Translations under genes and position numbers: made by a program
NCBI GenBank assembly: GCA_964035575.1
Contig: OZ037833.1
Location: 2,170,001-2,234,000 of the forward strand
Source: Rhynchopus sp. YZ270_cl-10
Taxonomy: Eukaryota
Direction of reading: 5' to 3'
DNA length: 64,000 nucleotides
Shown here: positions 22,290-33,398 of the stretch, piece after piece
Numbering within the stretch: position 1 is the stretch's first letter
Layout of the letters: each line of letters opens with the position of its first letter
Notes under the pieces: generated by a model
Told to the model about the DNA's origin: nothing
Seen by the model: only the letters and a program-made list of their open reading frames with translations
The model's database searches: none

Positions 22290-23189
22290 GTGACAACCAA
22301 AAAAAGAAAAAAAAAAACGCCATTTTTTAAGATGGCGCACCCTTACAGAAGTTGAGAAGAATTGCTCTCTGACCTATTCGAGACCGTACTTAACAAGATT
22401 TTTTTTTTTTCTTTTTTTAGATAAATTGTTGGAGTAGTGCAGTTGCCTCGGTTGTGTTGCCACAGTTGTGCAATCTCCACTGTCAAGGGATTATGCAATA
22501 TCCACTGTCTTTTAGAGGAAATCTCGAAAAGGAAAATCATACAATCATATCTTCAGAGCAAAGAAAGTGGAGAAGATAAGCCATTTTTTTTTGTGGGGCA
22601 TCTTCAACTTCCTGGAGGGGGGGAGGGTTAAATACAATACCCAGGTATTGTATTTAACTCCAGCAATTCGTTACCGCATATAAAAAAGAGATCTAAAAAA
22701 GGAGGAAAGAAAAAAACACAGAAAAAAAGGTGAGGGCGAGGCAGTGGGGGGAGGGTGGGGGGGAAAGAAATATGAGAAACACAAGGTGAGGTTTGTGCGG
22801 AGATGGGTTTTTATGGCCAAAAACCAATCATTCATTGAGTCAATTGCACAATGATCCCTCTGACTGTTGTAGTTCCTTCGCTATATTTTTTTCTCACCGG
22901 TTTTGTGGGTAAGAACAAATCAAATCTCAAATTGGAGATGCGGGATGCATTATAGGCACAACCCTGATTTCGTTCCCAAAAAACGACAAGAAAAGTTGAA
23001 CCTGAATGCGACGCTATGCACATTTACCACAAAAACGGGAAAACAAACTCAGCGAGACGTGACGTTCGTAGAATCGACAAATCGCGCCCCCTTTTCCCCC
23101 CTCCCTTGCACAAAACCCCTTCGACGTCAAAAAAGGTAGACCCTCCTGCTATTACACACTTCACTTTTACGCTGGGATTTGCAATGCGA

Positions 23190-23570
23190 TTAATAATTCT
23201 GTGTGTCCAACGGGGTTGGTGTGCAGCAGCAGAAACCAGGGTCTACTGAGCGTATCCGAAGCTCGCGAGACTGTTGACAGAGAGCGCAGGGAAGACAGAG
23301 GAAGGTGGCGGTGGTGTCTTGTGTGCAGCCGCCCACGATGCCGTAGGTGTCACGCAGCTTACCCCTCTGTACACAGGCCAGGATGCACGGAATGATGGGG
23401 ATTACGTATGACGCGGAAATCAGCAAACAACACGGCCAATTGGCGTCGTTGGTCCTCCCTTGTAAGGCCGAATCCATACGTGCCAAAGCGCAGGGACTGC
23501 AGACGCATACATCACAGCAGATGCCGGTGTCTTCCATACAGCCACAAAGCTCGTAGCCCCATTTTGACAT
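23190..23570 (-). CDS. PLAC8-family cysteine-rich protein
   Basis: Start MSKWGYELCGC at 23570. PLAC8 pattern W..GLC.C..D...CC....C.PC...R...R..YGI.G....D......C.PCALCQ..RE. Confidence 0.9.
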   Translation of the reverse strand: MSKWGYELCGCMEDTGICCDVCVCSPCALARMDSALQGRTNDANWPCCLLISASYVIPIIPCILACVQRGKLRDTYGIVGGCTQDTTATFLCLPCALCQQSRELRIRSVDPGFCCCTPTPLDTQNY

Positions 23571-24438
23571 TGTATGACTTTGTGGTGAACCTTTGAAAAG
23601 TTGTGTTGCAGAGAGAGTGAGAGGAAGAAGGTTAAAAAAGAGTCGCTTTTTTTGAATAGACGAAAAGGGTAGAGAAATAGAAACATACAAAAAGGTTCGA
23701 AGCGGCTGAATACAATTTTTGCACTGTCCGCCGCTGTGGGGGTTTGAGTTAGCGTGGTCGGGAACGACTTTACATAGCTTGACCCGAGCCCATCATGGCG
23801 AATCACTACAGAGCATCAGGTTTGTTCCTTTACAAAACAAAACAGAAAAGAAGAATAGCTACGATGATACGGATGTATCATCTCGTTGTACAATCAGCAC
23901 TGCTTGTAAAAGACGTGGCAGCGTACAGGTAGGGGGAAGTACAAACGCCTCTGTGGATGCAGGCACCGAAACATTATATACAAATTTAGGAAAGTTCTAA
24001 GACGAACCGAAGCAGTACTTAGTCACCTCAGAGGGAATAGAGTTTGAAAAATACAGTTAAAAATAGAAATTTTAACACTCATCACACGATAAAACCCATG
24101 GGAGAGGTTGTGGTGAAACGCACACACCTCGACCTGTTTGGTGAGGAGTGGCTCTGCAGCGCGGTTCGTCCCTAGAGCGCAAAGTGTGTTCAAAGTGCGT
24201 TGTTTCTATTTCCTCCTTCATTTCATGAGGTGACAAAAAATAGAAACTAACTTCCGGTTCTGAATAAAAAGAAAACAATGAAAAACAACTTTTTCGTTTA
24301 TCGCTCCGCAAGCTTGTTGTGTTTTTTCGCTGAAGTGTGTGTTGTATGAGAGAGAAAAAATAATGAGTGAGAAAACACAAGCTGGCGGGCATGCACCTTC
24401 CGTCGTTTCTATTTCCTATTGTCAAGTACCTTGATTTA

Positions 24439-24478
<40 letters not shown>

Positions 24479-24573
24479 TCTGCCGAGGATTCCCATCCCG
24501 CTGTGGAGTAGTAAAGGGAAATACTGAAACAGGGGTATGGTCCATCAAATCTATATGTTCCACTACTGCTGGT

Positions 24574-27534
24574 TTACATCACAGAGAACCCCACTTTTGT
24601 TTGGGTTGTTGGACTGCAAACTCCGAATAGCGCAGATTTGTCTGGTTTTGCGTATGCACTTGTTGGGGTAACACAGTGAGATCGACGCGACCCGCCCGAC
24701 GAATATGAGGCTTGCGATTTGCACAGGTCGAGGGGGGCTTTTAGACATTCCTCTCGTTTGGCCTGGTGTTTGGGTATCTTTCTGTCTCCTTCTGGGTCTA
24801 ATTCGGGGACAGGGACAGGCTCCTGCACGAGAGACGCAGCGACCTTCCTTCGATGAGGCGAGAGGGAGGGGCTGCATCTTGTGAGTTCTGTGGGGAGGGG
24901 CACCGAGGGAGAGAAGACGGCCTCACGGAGGTTAGAGCTGGAGGGTGAGCAGATCGAGGGTGCACGCGGGCTGCAGCATGTACTGGAGGTGTCGAAGCGA
25001 TCGGAGCGTAGGGAACGTCGCATGCTCAACGCTGCGTCGCCCGACATGCATATGCTGCCACGCACCGTGACAGGCCGCTTCTTCTGTGTAGACTCGCTGC
25101 TCGCAAACGAAAGGTCCAACTGCTTAATCCACTCAAACGGATGCTCCTGGTCCCCACCCGGATCGCTCAAAGCATCGATGTCGACATTATCCGGTGGATC
25201 CTCCTCTCCCTTCCCTTTCGAAGAATCCCAATTAGTACTCACCGACCGTTCATTGAGCTTCTCGGCAATGTGGTCAGAGGACCCCAAGTGTTTTATCTCA
25301 CTCGCACTCATAACCCTCCCGACAAAACCCCGCATTGCCTTTATTCGCGCAGTAGCGCGCTTTTGGATGCGTTTATAGACCTCTGGGAACTGATCCATTA
25401 TGACGCGGAACTTTGAGTCTCTGAGGACGAGGAGGTTGCAGAAGGATATCGTTTGGACGGTGGCGGTGCGGCGCACGTTTGCGATGAGGGAAATTTCGCC
25501 GAAGATGGAGCCAGGACCTACCTCGGCCTCAACGATGCCTGCACGGAGGACCTGGCACCTGCCGTGGCGGATGAAGAACATCTCTGCACCTGTGTCGCCT
25601 TCTTGAAACACTACGTAGTTGGGTGGCAGCACAACAGACGTGAGGCACTGCTGCAGTGCGTACACCAAAGCGTCGTCGTCGTCAAGGCCCTTCAGGAACT
25701 GCAGCTTCCCAATAGTGTTCCTGCCTGTGACAAGGTCGACAGACACCTTCAGCTGTGTAGGTAGGTCGTCCAGTACATCCTCATCAGAGTGGATCTGCGA
25801 AGTGGTCCGAAACAAGTGTTTATGATAAGAAAGCACGTCATTCATAAACGACTGCGGCAACCGATCCGAATTCACCTCATGTCCAATAATCTCTTTCACC
25901 TCCTGCAGCACCTGCTCAAACTTCGCAACATGGCTCCGTATCGCCAGCGACGACGCCACCACAGCAATGATCACTGCATACGTGAAGACACCGCATATCG
26001 TCGTGAACAGCGAGCACAGCAGCTGCGCGTCGTGCGTTGGGAAGTACCCCCTGCTCAGCCCCGCCATCGTGTTCACGGCATACGAAAAGCACTGCAAATA
26101 CTGCAGGACCACCGGCAGAGTGGAATATGCACGAATTGTGAGTGCTTGAAACGTGTGCTCGTCGCCAGCGTGGAGGCACAATAGGTGAAATATGCAGGCA
26201 ATAACATGTGCCACAATTGCCCACGTGTGCATTGCATTGAATATTCTCCACCACCGAGGCCCCAGGAGCGACCGGAAGCATGTTCTGAAGAGACTTTGGT
26301 TCTTGAAGACTAGAAGCATCTTGTTCATCCTGAACACTGGCTGGTTCCATTTGATGTAGTCCGCTGGGAGGGCGATCAATACGTCGAACACAAACTGCCT
26401 GCTGAATACATAATGATACACACGGGGTTTGAGCGAGTACAGCAGGTGGAGGTCTGCCTCCTTAGGGATGAAGGCCGTCAGCGCCATGTAGGCGTAGAAC
26501 ACTACGTCGGACGTAAGCAGCACTACACGCAGCTCCGGCATGGGGTCGCCGTCCTTGAGGAAGGATATCTCAAACAGCGAACCAAATACCTGCAGCTGGA
26601 TGTACAGGAACAGAAGGTAGCTGAACTGCACTGAGTACCATTGCAGAAGACTGTCCAGCCAATGCTCCTTCTTTTGCTCGTCCGACAACATTGCAGTGTT
26701 CTTCGAGTTTGTCTCGCGGATGGCTGCGGATGCGACACAGATGCGGAGCTCCATCATCCAGATGTCGAAACGCTCTTCTTCTGCAGACTTCTGGCTGTAC
26801 GTGAACATGGAGATGAACTCAATCACGTTCATCCGCCCGTTTTTGTCTACATCAAACTCCGCAAAGCCGTCTTCGATCTCTTGCAAGGTGTGGTGCAGGC
26901 CCAGTTCAACGAGCACCTCTGCGACCTGCGCGAAGGTCATTTCGTCTTGCATGGTGTTGTCATACTTCTTCCAGGCACGCACCACTTCGTCAGGGGTTGT
27001 GCCTGTTTGCGCTGCCAGGGCGCAGGACAGCTTCACGATAGAATGGTACTCGATGAAACGCCCATGCGTCTTGAAGTCTTCGTACACCTCTTCGAAGTGC
27101 GTGAAGGTAACGTGCCCTGTTCTGCCGCGGTCGATCGCGTGGAAGAACTCTATTTCTTCGAAGCCCTCCATCTGAACACCTAAACAGTCAATCAGGAGGC
27201 ACGTCTCTGTGTAGTCCAGATAGCCCTTCCGCGGTGCTGTGTCGAACACAAAGAAGAGCTTCTGCAGAATCGACAGCTGCTCTGTGCGCTCTGTGCCTTC
27301 GAAGTACGTGTTCGTGATGTCTCCGTCTTCTGAGACCTCACGACTCCGCATCCCCACAGAGATCGAACTTCTTGAATGAGGAATATACGCATGGCTCAAC
27401 CGCTCCGTAGGAAAACACACACTACTAGACGAGAGCCGCGACTGTCCACTGGTCGGTGTGATCGATGTGAACGCCGCCGTAGGAGCCTGCATTGTGTTGC
27501 TCTCCGCGCTACGTGCCAAAGGATTATCCGCCAT
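24574..27534 (-). CDS. EF-hand-containing cyclic-nucleotide-binding ion channel (CNG/HCN-like)
   Basis: Start MADNPLARS at 27534. EF-hand loops (DRGRTGHVTFTHF, DVDKNGRMNVIEF, plus two degenerate ones). Multi-TM region with an S4-like VFRMNKML and pore YAVNTMAGLSRG. C-linker and CNBD (VFQEGDTGAEMFFIRHG...FGEISLIANVRRTATV). Confidence 0.85.
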   Translation of the reverse strand: MADNPLARSAESNTMQAPTAAFTSITPTSGQSRLSSSSVCFPTERLSHAYIPHSRSSISVGMRSREVSEDGDITNTYFEGTERTEQLSILQKLFFVFDTAPRKGYLDYTETCLLIDCLGVQMEGFEEIEFFHAIDRGRTGHVTFTHFEEVYEDFKTHGRFIEYHSIVKLSCALAAQTGTTPDEVVRAWKKYDNTMQDEMTFAQVAEVLVELGLHHTLQEIEDGFAEFDVDKNGRMNVIEFISMFTYSQKSAEEERFDIWMMELRICVASAAIRETNSKNTAMLSDEQKKEHWLDSLLQWYSVQFSYLLFLYIQLQVFGSLFEISFLKDGDPMPELRVVLLTSDVVFYAYMALTAFIPKEADLHLLYSLKPRVYHYVFSRQFVFDVLIALPADYIKWNQPVFRMNKMLLVFKNQSLFRTCFRSLLGPRWWRIFNAMHTWAIVAHVIACIFHLLCLHAGDEHTFQALTIRAYSTLPVVLQYLQCFSYAVNTMAGLSRGYFPTHDAQLLCSLFTTICGVFTYAVIIAVVASSLAIRSHVAKFEQVLQEVKEIIGHEVNSDRLPQSFMNDVLSYHKHLFRTTSQIHSDEDVLDDLPTQLKVSVDLVTGRNTIGKLQFLKGLDDDDALVYALQQCLTSVVLPPNYVVFQEGDTGAEMFFIRHGRCQVLRAGIVEAEVGPGSIFGEISLIANVRRTATVQTISFCNLLVLRDSKFRVIMDQFPEVYKRIQKRATARIKAMRGFVGRVMSASEIKHLGSSDHIAEKLNERSVSTNWDSSKGKGEEDPPDNVDIDALSDPGGDQEHPFEWIKQLDLSFASSESTQKKRPVTVRGSICMSGDAALSMRRSLRSDRFDTSSTCCSPRAPSICSPSSSNLREAVFSPSVPLPTELTRCSPSLSPHRRKVAASLVQEPVPVPELDPEGDRKIPKHQAKREECLKAPLDLCKSQASYSSGGSRRSHCVTPTSAYAKPDKSALFGVCSPTTQTKVGFSVM

Positions 27535-28432
27535 TTGCAACAAACCCCCTTTCACACAATTACCATTTAGGAAGAAGAGAAGGAGAAGGTGGGGGGAGCG
27601 GGGACGGGGGGGGGGGAGGTACTGTGGGGTGTTTGGTTGTAAAGGGGAGAGAAGAGGGGGATATTTTCCTCCATTTTGTCTTTTTTTTTTGGGTTGTCGC
27701 AATTTAAGTGGGAGACGAGGGGGAAGGGCTTCTCTTTGTGGGGAGTGCGGGTGAGCTACAAATATAAAAAAAAACATAACATTACAAAAAAAAATGGTAA
27801 GAGAGAGTAGTTGTTGCAGGCACCTCCGACTGACCCACTGTACGATGCCAGCCCCAGACGAACGCACAAACAAAATACACAAAAAAAAAAGCGGTACTTT
27901 CTGTTCTGCCTTGAGCAAGAAAAGATGGATGCACTCAAAAAAAAAAACCCCCCCCCTTCTCCCCCACACCTCTTTTCACAACTATATTCACACCTTTTCT
28001 TTCGAAGAAAAATACATGGGGCTGTCCATAGGGGTCACTGCACAAAAAACTCTGCGAACAAACCCATTTTATTTTTCGACATTTTTAAAAAACAACTTGG
28101 GGGGGGGGTATCTATGTTTTCTTTGCACAAAAAAAAAAAAAATGAGTTGGAAAGATGAGTTCAATCACCTCTTTTTTTACTAAAACTTGAAAGATGAATC
28201 TGCCACTCATACACACCCATCAACTGGAAAAAAGAAGAGAAAAAAAGAGAAAAAAAACTAGAGGCAATCCGAAAGAGAGAAATCTTTGAAAAGAGAATTT
28301 GAAAGTGCAAACGCCTCGCTGGGCACCACAAGACAGCACTCATTGGGATGGGGGGAACACAATATCTAAAAAGCCACCAAAAAAAAACCCCCCTACTTTT
28401 CCCTCTCTCTTTCTCCTTTCCACTCCTTTCCA

Positions 28433-30928
28433 CTACGAGGAAAAGAGCGACTTCTCAAAGTCGCCTGCATGTCGCGCAAGCTCTGACTCTTGCCCTGGAC
28501 CATCCTGTTTCAAGCGCCCACCAAGGCCGTATCCACCGGGTTCTCCTGAAGCGCGTCTCCCTGCGTTCGGGTCGCTTCGTGGGGGGGAAATGGAGCTGCT
28601 GCTGGGAGGAAGGGGGAGAGAGAGAAGGGTGAGATTGGTGTTTGTGTTTGATAACTAATAGGGGTATATAGGGGTAATTCTTGTGTAATATGGCCCCCAA
28701 GGTGTTTGTGTTAGTGTTCCCGAGTGAGTAAGTGGCAAAAAAGTAATAAAATACAACCTCGGTTGCAAGTTCAAGATTCTGAAATAGATTCCCAGATCTC
28801 GAGTGTCCGTTTTGAGGGGAAGTTTGTAATAAATCGAAGCCTTTTGAGGGTTAACGGTAGTATTTTAAGGGTGAATCAGGACACAAAAAATATCAGGTGG
28901 AAGGAGGAAGGCTTCAGACCATAGCACGTAAGTTACCAAAGAAAAAAGAAAAGGCAATGGGATTGGGGGGGAAAATTATACCTTCGTATCAACGCCGGCG
29001 TGACGCTGGAGGAGGGGAGCCCCACCCCGAGGTTGTTCTCACGGCCGTCCTGATAGGACTGCTGTGGGTTGACTGCTGGCTGTGACCGCATTCTCTTGGT
29101 TTGCTCGGTCAGCTTTGCGAGCATCTGAATTGGTGTTATTGTACACATTGACATAATTTTAGGATGCACATATTAGAATCACACTTTTTGATACCATCTT
29201 CATTATTTTCCAACGCTTTTAACCGCAAAACATCATAAAAACCCCATCCCCCATCCCCCATACCGAAAGAACCGAATCCCTTTGCCCTTGCGATGCATCT
29301 CTGTAACCCCCTGGCATCCCTGGGAGCGGCTGCGCTGTGTCTGCCTGCAGGGTTCTTGCTGGCGGGAATGGAGAGGACCGTGCCGTCTGACGTGGGTGCG
29401 GGAGACCTACCCCTGGAGAGGGGGGCGAGCGGGAGCGTATGGTGCCACCTCCTACACTAGCACCTCCGTATATGGCATCACGATAACGGTCCAACCCAGC
29501 GGCAGAAGGCGCGCCAGCTCCGTACTGTCTCTCAGGCGGTGGTGGTGAGAACGTCTTCGGTTCGTACCCCACCTGCGGTGCAGGCGGCAGCTGCTCTGGG
29601 TATGAAGCGTACACCTGCGGGGGTGGCGGGATAGCGGCGTACTCTCGTACACTCTGTGGTGACCCCCCTCCCGCTCCTCCGTACACAGGCGGACGGTTCG
29701 GCTGTGTTCTGCTCCCAATAGTGGTTGAAAGAGGCATAACCGATTCAGAAGGCATAGGATTAACACCAGTCAGTGGCGGCCCAATTCCAAAGCCCGTAGC
29801 ATGCAGAGGTGAAGAAGGAGGTGAAGGTGGCAGAGCCGGGCGTGCAGAAGGGGACCGTCTCAAAGCGGTGTCTACGTGGACGCCGTTCTGCAGGGAGTGG
29901 GTGGGGACAGCCTTCACAGGGCTGACCATAGACCCGCTGGGGTCTTGGAGCATGGACTGATGTCCGCCTACGCTTCCATTGACCAGGCTGTTGTTGTAGT
30001 TGCTCGGCCGTCCGCTGAACCCCTGCTGATGCTTCAACACCATCCTTTGAAACTCTCGATTCAACCCGCAAACCAAGAATTGGTACTGCAGTTTAGTTTT
30101 GACCATTCCAGTGCGTTGATATTTCAGCATTTTGACAACCTTTTTGACATTTATCTCTTTTTCTAATGAAAAAAGCGCGAGACAAACGTGCATTGCGATG
30201 AACACCCCAGTTCTCCCTACCCCGGCTCCGCAGTGGACGAGAATAGGGTTGAGGAGCGACTCTTGCCGCTTTCCTAGGGTGAGGATTATGTTCATGAGAC
30301 CTACTGTGTTGCGGGGTAGGCCTTCGTCGGGCCAGCCGATGAACTGGAACATTGTGATGTCACGGGAGATGCGGTTTTCGGAGTTGGTCAGAACCATGTT
30401 TCTGATGATGACGTCCTCACCTTGCGACATCTTCGTCAACCGCACTGTGTACGACGACGACGGCCGCAGCACCCTCTCCTGGCTCTGCGGGTAATATATT
30501 GCAGAGTTGTGCTCATTCGTGAGCATCACAATGAACGACACGCTGCACTCCGCGATCATCCGCCAAAAGTCGCCCACCGTTGAGTCGAGAGGTGCCTGCG
30601 TCGCAATGTAGTTGAACGGCAGGTCAAACAACGACTGTGCGTCGATGTAATTTGCGTTGATGTAGGTGTTGTCGTTGTTCCCCAGCTCGTCAATGTGGAT
30701 GCGGGTTTTGTCGTTCGGGAGAACTGTCTCGTTTCTGTTTTTGGAACGGTTGATAGGCTGGCGGCCGGTGTGAAACTCATCTGGGTTATCACTCATTTCA
30801 TAGTCGACCTCTAAAAGCTCGTTAAACTCATGGTCCAAAGGGTTAATCCCTCCGGGTCCTGACGGCTGCAGAAGCGACTGTACATAGCGTTTGTACTGCG
30901 CCGCGAACTTCGCCTGCCAGGCGCTCAT
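28433..30928 (-). CDS. Classical-fold protein tyrosine phosphatase with Pro-rich tail (copy A), probably three exons, about 658 aa
   Basis: PTP motifs YINAN, YIATQAP, DFWRMI, WPDEG, VHCGAGVGRTG. Exon 1, 30928..29264. Intron 29263..29125 (TCG|GTATGG...TTCAG|). Exon 2, 29124..28982. Intron 28981..28602 (AG|GTATAA...CCCAG|, phase 2, tandem CAG acceptors). Exon 3, 28601..28433, ending FEKSLFSS*. The last two exons are less certain than the PTP domain. Confidence 0.8.
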
Positions 30929-31349
30929 CTAATACAAAAGTACAAAAGGAATGCAAACTAAAGGTGCATGTATTTGTGTGTAATATTCGCTTTTTTTTCG
31001 CCTTTGAGGAGGAGGAGTCGGTGTTGAAAGAAAAAAAAAAAATGAAACTTTGCCAAAAAATGCAAACACCTTCTTAGACGCAGAGAGAAGGGAGTGCAGT
31101 TGATAGTGCAAATGCCTCAGAGGAGATGAGAGAGGCAGGTACTGACACTCCGTGGGGTTATCGAACCCCTTGGGAGATGCTAACAGAGAAACTGTAAGCA
31201 GGTATACACAGTCATTTCCGAGGAGAAGAAGTGGGAGGAGTGAAGACAAAAACAAGGTGGATTGTGAGGGGAAAAAAAAGCTTTTTTTACCTGCGCCCGA
31301 TTCCCGCTCCGCCACCCATTCCTTAATACATCAGCGGGATGTAAAAAAG

Positions 31350-32408
31350 TCATTTCTTCCCGCGCCGGAAAAAAAAATTCCGGATTTTCCTTAGGGAATT
31401 TGCTAAGCGTTGTGAGGGATTTGTGAGGGTTTTCTTGGTTTCTGAGGGTTTCTGTGAGTTGGGTGGCGGCATAATTTCAAAGCCCGCAGCAGGTGGAGGT
31501 CCCTGCTGATGCTTCGACACCGTCCTCTGAAACTCTAGATCCAACGCGCAAACCAAGAATTGGTACTGCAGTTTAGTTTTGACCATTCCAGTGCGTTGAT
31601 ATTTCAGCATTTCAACAACCTTTTTGACGTTTATCTCTTTGTCCAATGAAAAAAGCGCGAGACAAACGTGCATTGCGATGAACACCCCAGTTCTCCCTAC
31701 CCCGTCCTCGCAGTGGACGAGAATAGGGTTGAGGAGCGCCTCTTGCAGCTTTCCTAGGGCGAGGATTATGTTCATGAGACCTACTGTGTTGCGGGGTACA
31801 CCTTCGTCGGGCCAGCCGATGAACTGGAACATTGTGATGTCACGGGAGACGCGGTTTTCGGAGTTGGTCAGAACCATGTTTCTGATGATGACGTCCTCAC
31901 CTTGCGACATCTTCGTCAACCGCACTGTGAACGACGACCACACCCGCAGCACGCTCTCCTGGCTCTGCGGGTAATACACTGCAGAGTTGTGTTCATTCGT
32001 GAGCATCACAATGAACGACACGCTGCACTCCGCGATCATCCGCCAAAAGTCGCCCACCGTTGAGTCGAGAGGTGCCTGCGTCGCAATGTAGTTGAATGGC
32101 AGGTCAAACAACGACTGTGCGCCGATGTAGTTCGCGTTGATATAGGTGTTGTCGTTGTTCCCCAGCTCGGCAATGTGGATGCGAGTTGCGTCGTTCGGGA
32201 GAACTGTCTCGTTTCTGTTTTTGGAACGGTTGATAGGCTGGCGGCCGGTGTGAAACTCATCTGGGTTAGCACTAATTTCATTGTCGACCTCTAAAAGCTC
32301 GTTAAACTCATGGTCCAAAGGGTTAATCCCTCCAGGTCCTGACGGCTGCAGAAGCGACTGTACATAGCCTTTGTACTGCGCCGCGAACTTCGCCTGCCAG
32401 GCGCTCAT
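31350..32408 (-). CDS. Protein tyrosine phosphatase paralogue (copy B), tail-truncated, altered P-loop HCEDGVGRTG
   Basis: Near-identical tandem duplicate of copy A at a 1480-bp offset, including upstream DNA. The ORF is intact at 352 aa. There is an internal deletion after KHQQG and a different C-terminus. Confidence 0.85.
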   Translation of the reverse strand: MSAWQAKFAAQYKGYVQSLLQPSGPGGINPLDHEFNELLEVDNEISANPDEFHTGRQPINRSKNRNETVLPNDATRIHIAELGNNDNTYINANYIGAQSLFDLPFNYIATQAPLDSTVGDFWRMIAECSVSFIVMLTNEHNSAVYYPQSQESVLRVWSSFTVRLTKMSQGEDVIIRNMVLTNSENRVSRDITMFQFIGWPDEGVPRNTVGLMNIILALGKLQEALLNPILVHCEDGVGRTGVFIAMHVCLALFSLDKEINVKKVVEMLKYQRTGMVKTKLQYQFLVCALDLEFQRTVSKHQQGPPPAAGFEIMPPPNSQKPSETKKTLTNPSQRLANSLRKIRNFFFRRGKK

Positions 32409-32865
32409 CTAATACAAAAGTACAAAAGGAATGCAAACTAAAGGTGTATGTATTTGTGTGTAATGCAAACACCTTCTTAGACGCAGAGAGAAGGGAGTGA
32501 AGTTGACAGTGCAAATGCCTCAGAGGAGATGAGAGAGGCAGGTACTGACACTCCGTGGGGTTATCGAACCACGGAATGTTGCATTTGGGAGATGCTAACA
32601 GGGAAACTGTAAGAAGGTATACACAGTCATTTCCGAGGAGAAGAAGCGGGATGGTCAAGACGAAAAAAAGGTAGATTGTGAGGGGAAAAGAAGTTTTAAT
32701 ATCGTGTCAACACACCGCTGTTTACTCCGTTTGAAAAAAATATCCCCCCTTTTTTTTTGGGTCAAAATCAAAAACTCTTTTCAAAAAGAGGGAATCTTTC
32801 TCCCCCCATTTTATTTTTCGCGGTCTTCACATTTCTCAACCCAACCCCCAAAAAAAATCCTTTTT

Positions 32866-33222
32866 TTATAAACGGTTGCTCATTGCGGCAGACATTTTAT
32901 CGAGCTCATCTGTGACGCGGGAGAATCCGAAGGAGATCATCACCAGAAGCCCTGCAAGCAACACATCAACTGCCTTCAGCTTTTCTGGGGAGAAGATGAC
33001 TGCGAATTCTGCCAGGGCGGGGACACCCGATAGGTCGCTAAGCTCTCTGCTGACAACAGCCATCAAGAAGATGGAAAGGAACCCAACAGGCACAGCTGCT
33101 GCAAACAAAAAGCTGTACCTCCCCTGCAAAAGCGTGAACACAGACACAACCGCAACCAGCAGCCACAACACCAACACACCTGCCGCAGGCTGCGACAGCG
33201 CGGAGGCTAGGTTCTCATCCAT
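32866..33222 (-). CDS. Small hypothetical membrane protein (about 3 TM)
   Basis: 118-aa ATG-initiated ORF with three hydrophobic segments and coding-like composition, co-oriented with its neighbours. No family recognised. Confidence 0.6.
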   Translation of the reverse strand: MDENLASALSQPAAGVLVLWLLVAVVSVFTLLQGRYSFLFAAAVPVGFLSIFLMAVVSRELSDLSGVPALAEFAVIFSPEKLKAVDVLLAGLLVMISFGFSRVTDELDKMSAAMSNRL

Positions 33223-33398
33223 TATGTGGTATTACCTTTATTACAGCACAACGCTGTTTTTTTTCTGTGAAGATTGAAAGTAAATGTGGAATCTATCTCG
33301 TAAATCTGAGTTGAAAAGAAAAAATTTAAATCGTTTTAGGCAAGAGGGGCTAGATGTTTTTTGAAGTACAAAGCGCTTGAGTGATTGTGTACCAAAAA

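Noticed and set aside
14414..22481. Recurring 60-bp repeat considered as a CRISPR-like array
   Set aside because: Copies are kilobases apart with no regular spacers and no cas genes, in a eukaryotic context.
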